From contig ONHH01000069.1 in NCBI GenBank assembly GCA_900317575.1, forward strand, positions 1-37,478: a DNA stretch of 37,478 nt. Reading direction: 5' to 3'. Shown here piece after piece: positions 24,938 through 33,976 of this stretch. The position numbers were made by a program, and so were the translations under genes. The notes beneath the pieces are model-generated. The model was not told the DNA's origin and ran no database searches. It saw only the letters and a program-made list of their open reading frames with translations. Numbering within the stretch: position 1 is the first letter of the stretch; each line of letters starts with the position of its first letter. Source of the DNA: an uncultured Bacillota bacterium (GTDB lineage Bacteria > Bacillota_I > Bacilli_A > ML615J-28 > CAG-313).

Positions 24938-27900
24938 ATGAAAAAAATATTAAGTATATTTTTAGTATTAGTTCTTATCTTTGCGGTTACAAGCTGTAAA
25001 AAAGATAAGAATGCTACATTGTCTTTAAAAGATCAATCAATTGAATTAAAGGTTGGCGATTCTTATACCATTAATCCAACCATTGCTGAAGCAAAGGATA
25101 CATCATTTAATGTTGAACTTATCGGCGATTCAAGTGTACTTGAAATTAAAGATAATGTAATCACAGCTAAACAAGCTGGTGAAGTAACTGTTAAAGTTTC
25201 ACTAAAATCTAATCCAGATGCTAGTAGTCAATTAACAGTAAAAGTAAGGTCTGAAGATGATATTGATCCAGCTCCTACTGAAATTATTATTGTTGGTTCA
25301 AGTACTCTAACTGAAGGAGAACAAACCACTTTAGCTGTTACTTTACAGAATCTTGAAGGAACTATTACTTTTAGATCAAGTGATGAAAATATCGCAACAG
25401 TTGATGGCCAAGGTAAAGTTACCGCAGTAAAAGCAGGTAGAGTTGTAATCACTGTTTTAGTTGGCAATGAATCTAAAGATTTCCCTATGGAAATTACTGC
25501 TAAACAAGTAACTCCTCCAACATCAACTCTTAAATTAAGTGGTGATGATATTGTCTTTGTTGGAAAAACTATCACTTTAAAAGCTGAAAAGACTAATCTT
25601 GAAGGAACATATTCATATTCATCAAGTGATGATACTATCGCAACAGTTACTCGTGGTGGTATTGTTAAAGGTATTAGTGTAGGTACAGTTACTATTACTG
25701 TTGAATGTGGTGGATTAACTGCAACTAAAGATGTTGAAGTTAAAGCTCTTCCAGTAATTGAAATTGCAACAACTGCTCCAGATCATCTAGTAGTTGGTGA
25801 AACATTAGATATGAAAGAATTATTAACATTGACTAATACTACTTTAGCTGATCTAGAATATAAATCAAGTGATGTATCAGCTGCTACAATATCTAATGAT
25901 GGTATTGTAACTGCATTAAAAGAAGGTACTACTAAGATTACTATTTCTTATTTATCAGTTAAAGCAACTTTAATCCTAGATATTTATGGACCTAAAGTAA
26001 CAATCACTAATATTCCTACTCAATTAAATGTTGATGAACCATATCAATTGACATATAAAGTAGAATATTCAACAGCAAGTGTATCATTTAAATCAAGTAA
26101 TGAAAATGTCGCAACAGTTACTAATGCTGGTTTAATCAATCCAATTGATGTAGGTACAGTAACTATTACTGCAACTTGTGATACAGCTACAACTTCATTT
26201 ACTGTAACTGTTAAACCAGGAAGAATTACTATTACATATGATTTCAATGGTGGATATTCAGAAGAATTATTAGTTGCTAAAGCTAGTAATGAACCTAAGA
26301 TTCCAATTAATAGTTATAATACTGTTAATGGTGGTTTCTGGACAAATTATTCAACAGATATCTTCTTTATGGATAAAGATCATTATATGAATGCAACATT
26401 CTCAGATCGTATCTTCCTTGCAAAAGATCCAGAAACTGGTTTATATAAAGTAATTGGCTTTACCGCAACTGGTTCTGCTCCATGGATGAGTGATGCTGAA
26501 TACGCAATCGTTATTTCTAATTCATATAGTGGTACTCATGGTGGTTATAATATTACAATTAAACCAATAACTCTTCAAATTCAAGTAGGTGATTATGTAG
26601 CCTTTGATGGAGATTTCACTACTTGTAAAACTGGTGTTGAAGTAAATGCATATTTCTATCATGATCCAAAAGTTAAAGGATCACTAGTAGTAGAATATAA
26701 AGCAGGCATGGAATTAATTAAACCAGGTAATCTTGGATATCGTTTCTTAGGTTGGTATAATGGAGAAAATTTAGTAGAAGATATTTCTTCATTAACTAAA
26801 TCAGTTAAATTACAAGCTCATTGGGAAGCATTAAATCCAGTAACTAGTCTAGATATTAAGAATGCACCAGATGAATTATTAGATACTGATACATTACAAC
26901 TAGACGCAAGTGTTGTACCAAGTGATGCATATTTCAAGACAATTCTATATTCATCAAGTGATACAACTATCTTTGAAGTAGATGCTAATGGTCTTATTAC
27001 CGCAAAGAATGCTGGTACCGCAACCTTAACTATTACTGATTATTTAAAGAATGTTGTCTTTACTAAAGAAATAACTATTTATCCTAATAAGACAATCACT
27101 ATTGATTTTGATCAAATCTATCGTGGTTATTTACCAGCTGGAAGTTCAATTAATGTTACTCCTCATGCATATGGTAAAGGCTTAGATGGTGCAGCATTCA
27201 AATATGAATCAAGCTCACCAGATAATGTTACAATTGATAATACTGGTAAGATTACTGCAGTAGCTAATGGTACATCAACTATTACTATTAGTATTGTAGG
27301 TGAAGAAACTGTTAATATTACATTCCTTGTGACTGTTAAAGAATATGGTGATGATACTGAAATAGATAAATTAGTTAAATTACTTGTAGATAATAACTTT
27401 GGTCAAGTAGAATATGGTAATGTAAGCTTATATAATGATGGTAAGAAACGTGTATATGATTCAATCTATGGTAGTGTTAACCGTTATTTATTTGATCCAT
27501 TCACAATTCATCGTGATTATGAATCAGTAGCAGTTAATACTGGTACAAGTCATACTACAAGAAGAGCTACTGACCAAATTGAATTTGTCTGTGTTCATGA
27601 TACTGCCACTCTTACTGGTACAGTTGTAAGTATCGCATCAGGTATGGCTAATGAGCATAATGGCGGTGCATCAATTCACTATACAGTAGGTAATGATGCT
27701 ATCTATAGCGTAGTTCCAGAATCATTAATCGCATGGCATGCAGGTGATGGAACTGGTACTCCATTCGAATGGTCTAATTCAGGTGTTAGTGTAGTAGATC
27801 CAACTAAAGCTCCAACCTTTGGTATGGTTAAAGAAAGTGATACATATTATTTAACAATCAATGGAACTAAATCATCAATTACACTACCTACAAGTACAAT

Positions 27901-28507
27901 CACTAATGAAACATATAAGCGTCTAACTTATCTTGGCCCTACTTGGAAAGTAGTAGATGGTAAATATTATATTGGTACTATTTGGTATTCAAAAGATTAT
28001 GGATATCTATCATCTCATGGTGGTAATAATAATTCAATTGGTATTGAAATGAATGTTAACTTAACTAATGATATCTATGATACATGGCAAAGAACTGGTC
28101 AATTAGTTGCGGATATCTTAATCAGAAATAATCTAGATTTAACAAGAGTTAAGATGCATAATACATTCTCAGGTAAGAACTGTCCTCAATGTATCTTATC
28201 AGCTGGCAACTGGGATATGTTTATGGAATTCGTAGCAATCAACTATGAAATTATGACTAAATATCCAGATGCTAAGATTTCAATTAAATCTAATAATCCT
28301 GATATCTTAGATGATACTGGTAGAATCTTTAATCCACCACTACTTACAACTGAAGTATCTTATGATCTAACAGTTGAATTAGGTGGTGATTCTAGAACTG
28401 TTACTCTTCATTCAATTGTTGCAGGTACAACAACTTGGGAACAATGGGATGGCGAATATCTAGCATCAGATATTTGGAATAATGGACACTATAGTTTAGT
28501 TAAATAA
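24938..28507 (+). CDS. Giant lipoprotein: 7 Big_2 Ig-like modules + Listeria/Bacteroides-repeat (Flg_new-like) segment + C-terminal Amidase_2 (N-acetylmuramoyl-L-alanine amidase/PGRP fold)
   Basis: Lipobox AVTSC. Recurring ...SS[DN]xxIATV...G.VTA...G...ITV modules. ITITYDFNGGY...GYRFLGWYNGENL. Amidase zinc/catalytic blocks FVCVHDTA, AWHAGDG, NSIGIEMN and HNTFSGKNCPQ (about 27570-28200). ATG 24938 is preferred over 24920 on SD spacing. Confidence 0.85.
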   Translation: MKKILSIFLVLVLIFAVTSCKKDKNATLSLKDQSIELKVGDSYTINPTIAEAKDTSFNVELIGDSSVLEIKDNVITAKQAGEVTVKVSLKSNPDASSQLTVKVRSEDDIDPAPTEIIIVGSSTLTEGEQTTLAVTLQNLEGTITFRSSDENIATVDGQGKVTAVKAGRVVITVLVGNESKDFPMEITAKQVTPPTSTLKLSGDDIVFVGKTITLKAEKTNLEGTYSYSSSDDTIATVTRGGIVKGISVGTVTITVECGGLTATKDVEVKALPVIEIATTAPDHLVVGETLDMKELLTLTNTTLADLEYKSSDVSAATISNDGIVTALKEGTTKITISYLSVKATLILDIYGPKVTITNIPTQLNVDEPYQLTYKVEYSTASVSFKSSNENVATVTNAGLINPIDVGTVTITATCDTATTSFTVTVKPGRITITYDFNGGYSEELLVAKASNEPKIPINSYNTVNGGFWTNYSTDIFFMDKDHYMNATFSDRIFLAKDPETGLYKVIGFTATGSAPWMSDAEYAIVISNSYSGTHGGYNITIKPITLQIQVGDYVAFDGDFTTCKTGVEVNAYFYHDPKVKGSLVVEYKAGMELIKPGNLGYRFLGWYNGENLVEDISSLTKSVKLQAHWEALNPVTSLDIKNAPDELLDTDTLQLDASVVPSDAYFKTILYSSSDTTIFEVDANGLITAKNAGTATLTITDYLKNVVFTKEITIYPNKTITIDFDQIYRGYLPAGSSINVTPHAYGKGLDGAAFKYESSSPDNVTIDNTGKITAVANGTSTITISIVGEETVNITFLVTVKEYGDDTEIDKLVKLLVDNNFGQVEYGNVSLYNDGKKRVYDSIYGSVNRYLFDPFTIHRDYESVAVNTGTSHTTRRATDQIEFVCVHDTATLTGTVVSIASGMANEHNGGASIHYTVGNDAIYSVVPESLIAWHAGDGTGTPFEWSNSGVSVVDPTKAPTFGMVKESDTYYLTINGTKSSITLPTSTITNETYKRLTYLGPTWKVVDGKYYIGTIWYSKDYGYLSSHGGNNNSIGIEMNVNLTNDIYDTWQRTGQLVADILIRNNLDLTRVKMHNTFSGKNCPQCILSAGNWDMFMEFVAINYEIMTKYPDAKISIKSNNPDILDDTGRIFNPPLLTTEVSYDLTVELGGDSRTVTLHSIVAGTTTWEQWDGEYLASDIWNNGHYSLVK
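25275..26215 (+). repeat. Four consecutive intragenic Big_2 modules with residual nucleotide-level identity
   Basis: The core tcaagtgatga.a.tatcgcaacagtt occurs at 25376-25402 and 25622-25648, a 246-nt (82-aa) period. A close variant lies at 26093-26119. aatcttgaaggaac precedes the first two copies. Confidence 0.7.
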
Positions 28508-28514
28508 AAATATA

Positions 28515-28549
28515 AAGATAATATAGAGTTTTCTATATTATCTTTTTTT
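28515..28549 (+). terminator. Rho-independent terminator
   Basis: aagataatatag-agtttt-ctatattatctt followed by ttttt. Confidence 0.75.
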
Positions 28550-28551
28550 AA

Positions 28552-28580
28552 TTGACAAAAGAACCATTTTGTAGTAAAAT
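28552..28580 (+). promoter_or_regulatory. Sigma-70/SigA-type promoter (TTGACA, 17 nt, TAAAAT)
   Basis: ttgaca at 28552-28557 and taaaat at 28575-28580, with exactly 17-nt spacing. It lies 33 nt upstream of ATG 28613. Confidence 0.55.
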
Positions 28581-28612
28581 ATAAACGTAATTAAAAAGAA
28601 AGGAAATTAGAA

Positions 28613-30028
28613 ATGAAAAAAATTAAATTTTTATTTTTATGCTTATTAGTCCTAACATTATGTTCATCATTATTCCTTGCGTCATGTAAGAATAATAATA
28701 ATGAAGAAGGACCAAAAGAAGAACCTGTTGAATATACTATTTCTTATGTTACTCCTGATGGTAAGGCAGTAAAATCAGAAAAATTAACAGATGTTGACAA
28801 AGCTAGTCTAGATTTTGGAATTGTATTAGATGGCTATCGTTTCAATAATTCATTCTATGCTATGGTAGATGGAGAAGTTGTTGAATTAACTGATGAAACT
28901 TTAAGAACATTATTAAAGAATAATAAAGAATTAGTAGTTGTTGCGTCAGCAGAAATTACTAATGCATCAACTGTTATTAATATTTCAACTAATGTTAAAG
29001 ATTTATTCAATGATAAATTAGTAGAAGAACAAACTGATTTAAAATTAAATGCTTATATCGATTATACTGATGTATCTTCATTTAAAGGCCCTCTATTTAA
29101 TTTTGTATTAGAAGAAACTACTAAAGGAGAAGAAGGAGTTAGCAGTTCTACTTTAGCATTATGTTTAGCTGAAGGTGTATTAAAATTATTAGTAAATTCA
29201 TATGGACTTTCAATTGATATTGATGCTCTTGCACAAAGAGTTATAGCTGAACTTGCAACTATTGAATTACCTGAAGGTATTGAAGAATATCTAGGAGAAG
29301 ATGAAACATTACCTGATTTCTCAGCTATTACTGATCCATCATCATTATTAGATTTATTAGCTAATCTTCCAGAAGATGCTCAACTTGCATTAATGAATAT
29401 TCTTGGTGTTATTTATACTGATGTATATCCAGCAGCATCTGAAGTAGTTAAAGTAGAAGAAGATGAAACTTCAACAACTGTTACTTTAAATTATGAATCA
29501 TTAGTTGCAGTATTTGATGCAATGCTTGGTGTATTAGAATCAGATGAAAAAGTTCAATTACTTGCTGATAATATCTTCACTCTTGCAAAGATGGTTGTTG
29601 ACAAATTAGTTAAATTCGGTCTAGAAGTTGAAGATTTCCCTGAAGAATTAACACCAGAAATGGTTGCTGATCTTCGTGCTGATATTAAAGAAGCTTTAAC
29701 TGATGCTAAAGAAGCAATTGAAAAATCAGAATTACAAGCTACATTAAAAGTTCAACAAGATGGAACTAATCCATTAATTGATTTACATCTTTTATTTAAA
29801 GAAGAACAAGGTGAAGAAGAAACTGAAGTTCATGATATGGATGTAACTATTAAAGTATCAGTAGAAGAAGGCGCAAAAGTAGAAGCTCCTGAACATGATC
29901 CAGCTAACTTATCTGATCTTACAGAAACTATTTGGAGTGCAGTACAACCTCGTATTCAACAATTAAAAGATCTTATTGCAAAATTAGATTTCACTGAAGA
30001 TGAAGTAGAAGGACTTCCTGAAGAATAA
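28613..30028 (+). CDS. Acidic lipoprotein, function unknown (paralogue of 30130-31275)
   Basis: Lipobox FLASC. After the lipobox come YTISYV...DGYRF, and later DPSSLLDLL. The C-terminal half is Glu/Asp-rich. Confidence 0.6.
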   Translation: MKKIKFLFLCLLVLTLCSSLFLASCKNNNNEEGPKEEPVEYTISYVTPDGKAVKSEKLTDVDKASLDFGIVLDGYRFNNSFYAMVDGEVVELTDETLRTLLKNNKELVVVASAEITNASTVINISTNVKDLFNDKLVEEQTDLKLNAYIDYTDVSSFKGPLFNFVLEETTKGEEGVSSSTLALCLAEGVLKLLVNSYGLSIDIDALAQRVIAELATIELPEGIEEYLGEDETLPDFSAITDPSSLLDLLANLPEDAQLALMNILGVIYTDVYPAASEVVKVEEDETSTTVTLNYESLVAVFDAMLGVLESDEKVQLLADNIFTLAKMVVDKLVKFGLEVEDFPEELTPEMVADLRADIKEALTDAKEAIEKSELQATLKVQQDGTNPLIDLHLLFKEEQGEEETEVHDMDVTIKVSVEEGAKVEAPEHDPANLSDLTETIWSAVQPRIQQLKDLIAKLDFTEDEVEGLPEE

Positions 30029-30042
30029 GAAAAGTTAAAATT

Positions 30043-30069
30043 AGGCTAACATTAAGTTAGCCTTTTATT
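30043..30069 (+). terminator. Rho-independent terminator
   Basis: aggctaac-attaa-gttagcct followed by tttatta. Confidence 0.6.
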
Positions 30070-30073
30070 ATTG

Positions 30074-30102
30074 TTGAAAAATTAACATTTTTTTGATATA
30101 AT
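30074..30102 (+). promoter_or_regulatory. Promoter (TTGAAA, 17 nt, TGaTATAAT)
   Basis: ttgaaa at 30074-30079 and tataat at 30097-30102 with a TG extension. SD aaaggtgg precedes ATG 30130. Confidence 0.55.
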
Positions 30103-30129
30103 TAATTATGAAGAAAGGTGGTTTAATAT

Positions 30130-31275
30130 ATGAAAAGATTTATCTTATTTATTCTATTTTTATCAATCCTATGTTTTGGAGTATCTTGTAAGAAAGAAAA
30201 TGAAGAAGAAATAAAAGTAGATACATATACCATCCATTTTATTAGTGAAGATCATCCTATTGAATGTAATGATATTTCCTTTACTGATCCTTCTTTAGTA
30301 GTCTTACCTACCCCAACTACTAAAGGATATAAATTTGTTAAATGGGAATTCCGTTTTGGTAAACAAGTATTTGATGCTTCAAAGCTTGATACAATTATGA
30401 AAATGGCTGACAATTATCTCATTAATCTTTATGCAGTATGGGAAAATGCTTATCAAGGATATGATGGATTAGTAACAACAACTATTACTACTAATGAATC
30501 AACTAATACTTTTAATCATTCATTTAGTTTTATGAAATATGATTCAGAAGCTACATTAATTGATTTCACATATTATATTGATGATACACATACAATTAAT
30601 TTATATCTACGTGATGAAATGGTTTATGCTGAATTTAATTATAATAATTCATATCGAATTAAAGCGCCAGCTGCTTTCCTTTCTAATTTAAAACTTGATG
30701 ATCCATCATCAATCATTGATAAATTAAATATTAAGGATAGCGCAATCCTTACAGCAGCCCTTCTTACAATGATTAATTATCAATTAACTGATAATGGTTA
30801 TTCAATTCAAGTAACATCTAAGAGTGTAAGTAATTTCTTAAGTGTCTTATCAACGCAATTATCTAATCCTCTTGTTTTAAACTTTGCAGTATCTTCACTT
30901 AAATCATTATCAAATGAAGTATTTAATTTAGTTCCTAATCTTGATCCAAGTGTTATTGCGGCATTAGGAGATATAATTGATGAAGAAGAAATTATTGAAA
31001 AAGTAAAAGAAAATATTGTAGTTATTCAAGATTTCTTAAAGACTTTTAATTTTACTTTAAAATTTGATGTTAATCAAAAAGAATTCCCAGGTATTAAAAT
31101 CATTAATTTCAATTATGAATATCAAAATGGCGAAGAACCAAAAACAACTATTAATGTTAATCTTAAATTAACTGAAATTGCTTATCGTGATCCTTATGAA
31201 GTAATTGATAGTAATTATCCATCAGCAGATATTAAAGAAGTAATCGATAAAATCAAAGAAGGATTAAATATATGA
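30130..31275 (+). CDS. Lipoprotein, function unknown (paralogue of 28613-30028)
   Basis: Lipobox FGVSC. Has YTIHFI...KGYKFVKWEF and DPSSIIDKL in the same order as the upstream lipoprotein. Confidence 0.6.
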   Translation: MKRFILFILFLSILCFGVSCKKENEEEIKVDTYTIHFISEDHPIECNDISFTDPSLVVLPTPTTKGYKFVKWEFRFGKQVFDASKLDTIMKMADNYLINLYAVWENAYQGYDGLVTTTITTNESTNTFNHSFSFMKYDSEATLIDFTYYIDDTHTINLYLRDEMVYAEFNYNNSYRIKAPAAFLSNLKLDDPSSIIDKLNIKDSAILTAALLTMINYQLTDNGYSIQVTSKSVSNFLSVLSTQLSNPLVLNFAVSSLKSLSNEVFNLVPNLDPSVIAALGDIIDEEEIIEKVKENIVVIQDFLKTFNFTLKFDVNQKEFPGIKIINFNYEYQNGEEPKTTINVNLKLTEIAYRDPYEVIDSNYPSADIKEVIDKIKEGLNI

Positions 31276-31751
31276 AAACTATATATCTTGCGGGAGGATG
31301 CTTTTGGGGAGTAGAAGCATTCTTTCAAAGAATTAAAGGTGTCACTAATACTAAAGTAGGCTATGCTAATGGTGATACTGTTAACCCCTCATATGAAGAT
31401 TTAAAAGCTCATCGTGCTACCCATGCGGAAACAGTAATGGTTGAATATGATGAATCAATTATTCCATTAGAAACAGTCCTTAGAGCTTATTTTTCAATTA
31501 TTGATCCATATTCAGTAAATAAACAAGCTCATGATGAAGGATTACAATATCGTACTGGTATCTTTTATTTAAATGAAGAAGATCATAAGAAGATAATGAA
31601 TTATGTCAATAAATTAGATGGTCATGAAGATTTCAAAATTAAGATTGAAAAATTAGATAATTTCTATGATGCAGAAGAATACCATCAATCATATTTAAAG
31701 AAGAATCCTCATGGATATTGCCATGTAGATTTAGATAAGGAATTCAAATGA
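31272..31751 (+). CDS. msrA: Peptide-methionine (S)-S-oxide reductase
   Basis: The GGCFWGVEAFF active-site block and overall length fit MsrA. ATGA overlap with the upstream gene. TGA stop. Confidence 0.9.
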   Translation: MKTIYLAGGCFWGVEAFFQRIKGVTNTKVGYANGDTVNPSYEDLKAHRATHAETVMVEYDESIIPLETVLRAYFSIIDPYSVNKQAHDEGLQYRTGIFYLNEEDHKKIMNYVNKLDGHEDFKIKIEKLDNFYDAEEYHQSYLKKNPHGYCHVDLDKEFK

Positions 31752-32512
31752 GATTAGTAAGTTTTAATGTTAATGGTATTAGAGCAATTCTTGCTAAAGA
31801 CTTTGATGATGATTTCTATCGTCTAAATGCCGATATCTTTAGTCTTAATGAAACTAAATTAAGTGAAGGATTAGCTTTTGATAATAATTTTATTTATATG
31901 CCACATGGCTATGAAGTATATTATACTAATTCAAAAATTAGAAAAGGTTATTCAGGAGTAGCAGTCTTTACAAGAATTCATCCTTTAAGTGTTCATTATG
32001 GATTAATCGATAATAAATATGATGAAGAAGGAAGAAGTATTACTTTAGAATTTGATAAATTCTATTATGTAGCAAGCTATGTTCCTAATGCTGGTGATGG
32101 TTTAAAAAGACTAGATTTTCGCCTTCAATATGAAAAAGATCTAATCGAATATTTTGATACATTAAATAAACCAATTATCTATGCAGGAGATTTAAATGTA
32201 GCTCATCAAGAAATTGATTTAAAGAATCCTAAAACTAATGTTGGTAATCCAGGCTTTACTAAAGAAGAAAGAGATGCTTTTACTAATTTATTAAATCATG
32301 GATATATCGATACTTATCGATATCTATATCCTAATAAGATTGAATATTCATGGTGGAGCTATCGCTTTAATTCTCGTGCTACTAATACTGGATGGAGAAT
32401 TGATTATTTTATAGTATCGGATTCATTAAAAGATAAAATTATTGATAGTAAGATTCATACTGATATTTATGGTAGTGACCATTGTCCAGTTGAACTTGAT
32501 ATCGATTTATAG
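31748..32512 (+). CDS. xth: Exodeoxyribonuclease III (AP endonuclease, Xth/ExoA family)
   Basis: SFNVNGIRA, NETK, GDLNVAH, WWSYR and GSDHCPV. ATGA overlap with msrA. Confidence 0.9.
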   Translation: MRLVSFNVNGIRAILAKDFDDDFYRLNADIFSLNETKLSEGLAFDNNFIYMPHGYEVYYTNSKIRKGYSGVAVFTRIHPLSVHYGLIDNKYDEEGRSITLEFDKFYYVASYVPNAGDGLKRLDFRLQYEKDLIEYFDTLNKPIIYAGDLNVAHQEIDLKNPKTNVGNPGFTKEERDAFTNLLNHGYIDTYRYLYPNKIEYSWWSYRFNSRATNTGWRIDYFIVSDSLKDKIIDSKIHTDIYGSDHCPVELDIDL

Positions 32513-32524
32513 AAAGGAAATAAT

Positions 32525-33871
32525 ATGTTTACAAACGCAAAACCAATTGATTTAGAATTATTAGATAAATATAATAAAGAAATAGAAAATGATAAAGAAG
32601 CTAAACTACTTCAACATGCATTAAGTAGATCATCAATTAAGAATGCAATCTATAATCAAAAAGCAATTCATGATTTAAGCGCTGATTTCTCAATTCAAGT
32701 AAAAACCTTATCTGCTACTAATCAACAATCTAGTGGTAGATGCTGGATATTTGCCGCAACAAATCTTTTAAGAGAAATAGCTGCCAAAAATCTAAATGTT
32801 GAAAAATTTGAATTAAGTCAAAATTATATCTCATTCTATGATAAATTAGAAAAGATTAATTATGCATTAGAAGCATGTATTGACTTTGCACCAAAAGAAC
32901 ATGATGACCGTGTCGTTGCTCAAATCGTATCATATCCTGTTAGTGATGGTGGTCAATGGGATATGTTTAAAGATTTAGTAAAAAAATATGGAGTTGTGCC
33001 TCAATCAGTAATGACTGAAACATATATCTCTAATCATACTCGAGAACATAATTATATTGTGAATAATGCAATTAGAAAATTTGCTGCTACTGCTCATAAG
33101 ATGTATTTAGAAGGTAAGAGCGAAAAAGAAATAAGAGCATTAAAAGATAAAATCTTAAAAGAATTATATCGTTCTTTAGTAATTGTTTTTGGCAGTCCAG
33201 TAAAAGAATTTGATTTTGAATATACTGATAAAGATAATAAATATCATATTGAAAGAAACATGACACCTAAATCATTCTTTGATAAATTTATTGGTGTTGA
33301 TATGGATGATTATATTTCTATTATCAATTCTCCAACTAAGGATAAACCATATTATAATATGTTCACTCTTGATTATATTGGTAATGTAATAGGTGGATCA
33401 GATATTCATCATTTAAATCTACCAATGCCAAGAATTAAAGAATTAGTAATTGAATCATTAAAGAATAATGAACCAGTATGGTTTGGTAGTGATTGTGGAG
33501 AATTCAGTGATTCTGATACATCTAGATGGGCTCCAGAATTATTTGATTATGAATTAGCCTTTAATCTTGATTTAAAGATGAGTAAAGAAGATATGTTAGA
33601 TTACTATTCTTCCGCAATGAATCATGCTATGCTAATTACTGCTGTTAATTTAAAAGATGATCTACCTACTAAATGGAAGATTGAAAATTCTTGGGGTGAA
33701 AGTAAACCTCTTAATGGTTATCATGTAGCTAGTGATAGTTGGTTCGATGAATATGTATTCCAAGTAGTTATTAATAAGAAATATTTAGGTGAAAAAGAAT
33801 TAGAAGCTTTAAAGAAAGAAGCTATTCATCTAAATCCTTGGGATCCAATGGGAACCCTTGCGGAAAAATAA
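32525..33871 (+). CDS. pepC: Aminopeptidase C (bleomycin-hydrolase-type C1B cysteine peptidase)
   Basis: QQSSGRCWIFAA catalytic Cys block, HAMLITAV and ENSWG blocks, about 445 aa. Confidence 0.9.
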   Translation: MFTNAKPIDLELLDKYNKEIENDKEAKLLQHALSRSSIKNAIYNQKAIHDLSADFSIQVKTLSATNQQSSGRCWIFAATNLLREIAAKNLNVEKFELSQNYISFYDKLEKINYALEACIDFAPKEHDDRVVAQIVSYPVSDGGQWDMFKDLVKKYGVVPQSVMTETYISNHTREHNYIVNNAIRKFAATAHKMYLEGKSEKEIRALKDKILKELYRSLVIVFGSPVKEFDFEYTDKDNKYHIERNMTPKSFFDKFIGVDMDDYISIINSPTKDKPYYNMFTLDYIGNVIGGSDIHHLNLPMPRIKELVIESLKNNEPVWFGSDCGEFSDSDTSRWAPELFDYELAFNLDLKMSKEDMLDYYSSAMNHAMLITAVNLKDDLPTKWKIENSWGESKPLNGYHVASDSWFDEYVFQVVINKKYLGEKELEALKKEAIHLNPWDPMGTLAEK

Positions 33872-33878
33872 TAAAGAG

Positions 33879-33907
33879 AATAAGAAGCATTAGCTTCTTA
33901 TTTTTTC
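33879..33907 (+). terminator. Rho-independent terminator
   Basis: aataagaagc-atta-gcttcttatt followed by ttttcg. Confidence 0.7.
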
Positions 33908-33976
33908 GTTTTACTTTAAAAAATGTTCAAAATATGATAATATATTAAAGAGATATAATATCTATAAGGAATATAT

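Noticed and set aside
25228-26247. Minus-strand ORFs 25228-25575 and 26044-26247 inside the Big_2-amidase gene
   Set aside because: They are antisense to repeated Big_2 modules. Thr/Val-rich codons on the sense strand give stop-poor antisense frames.
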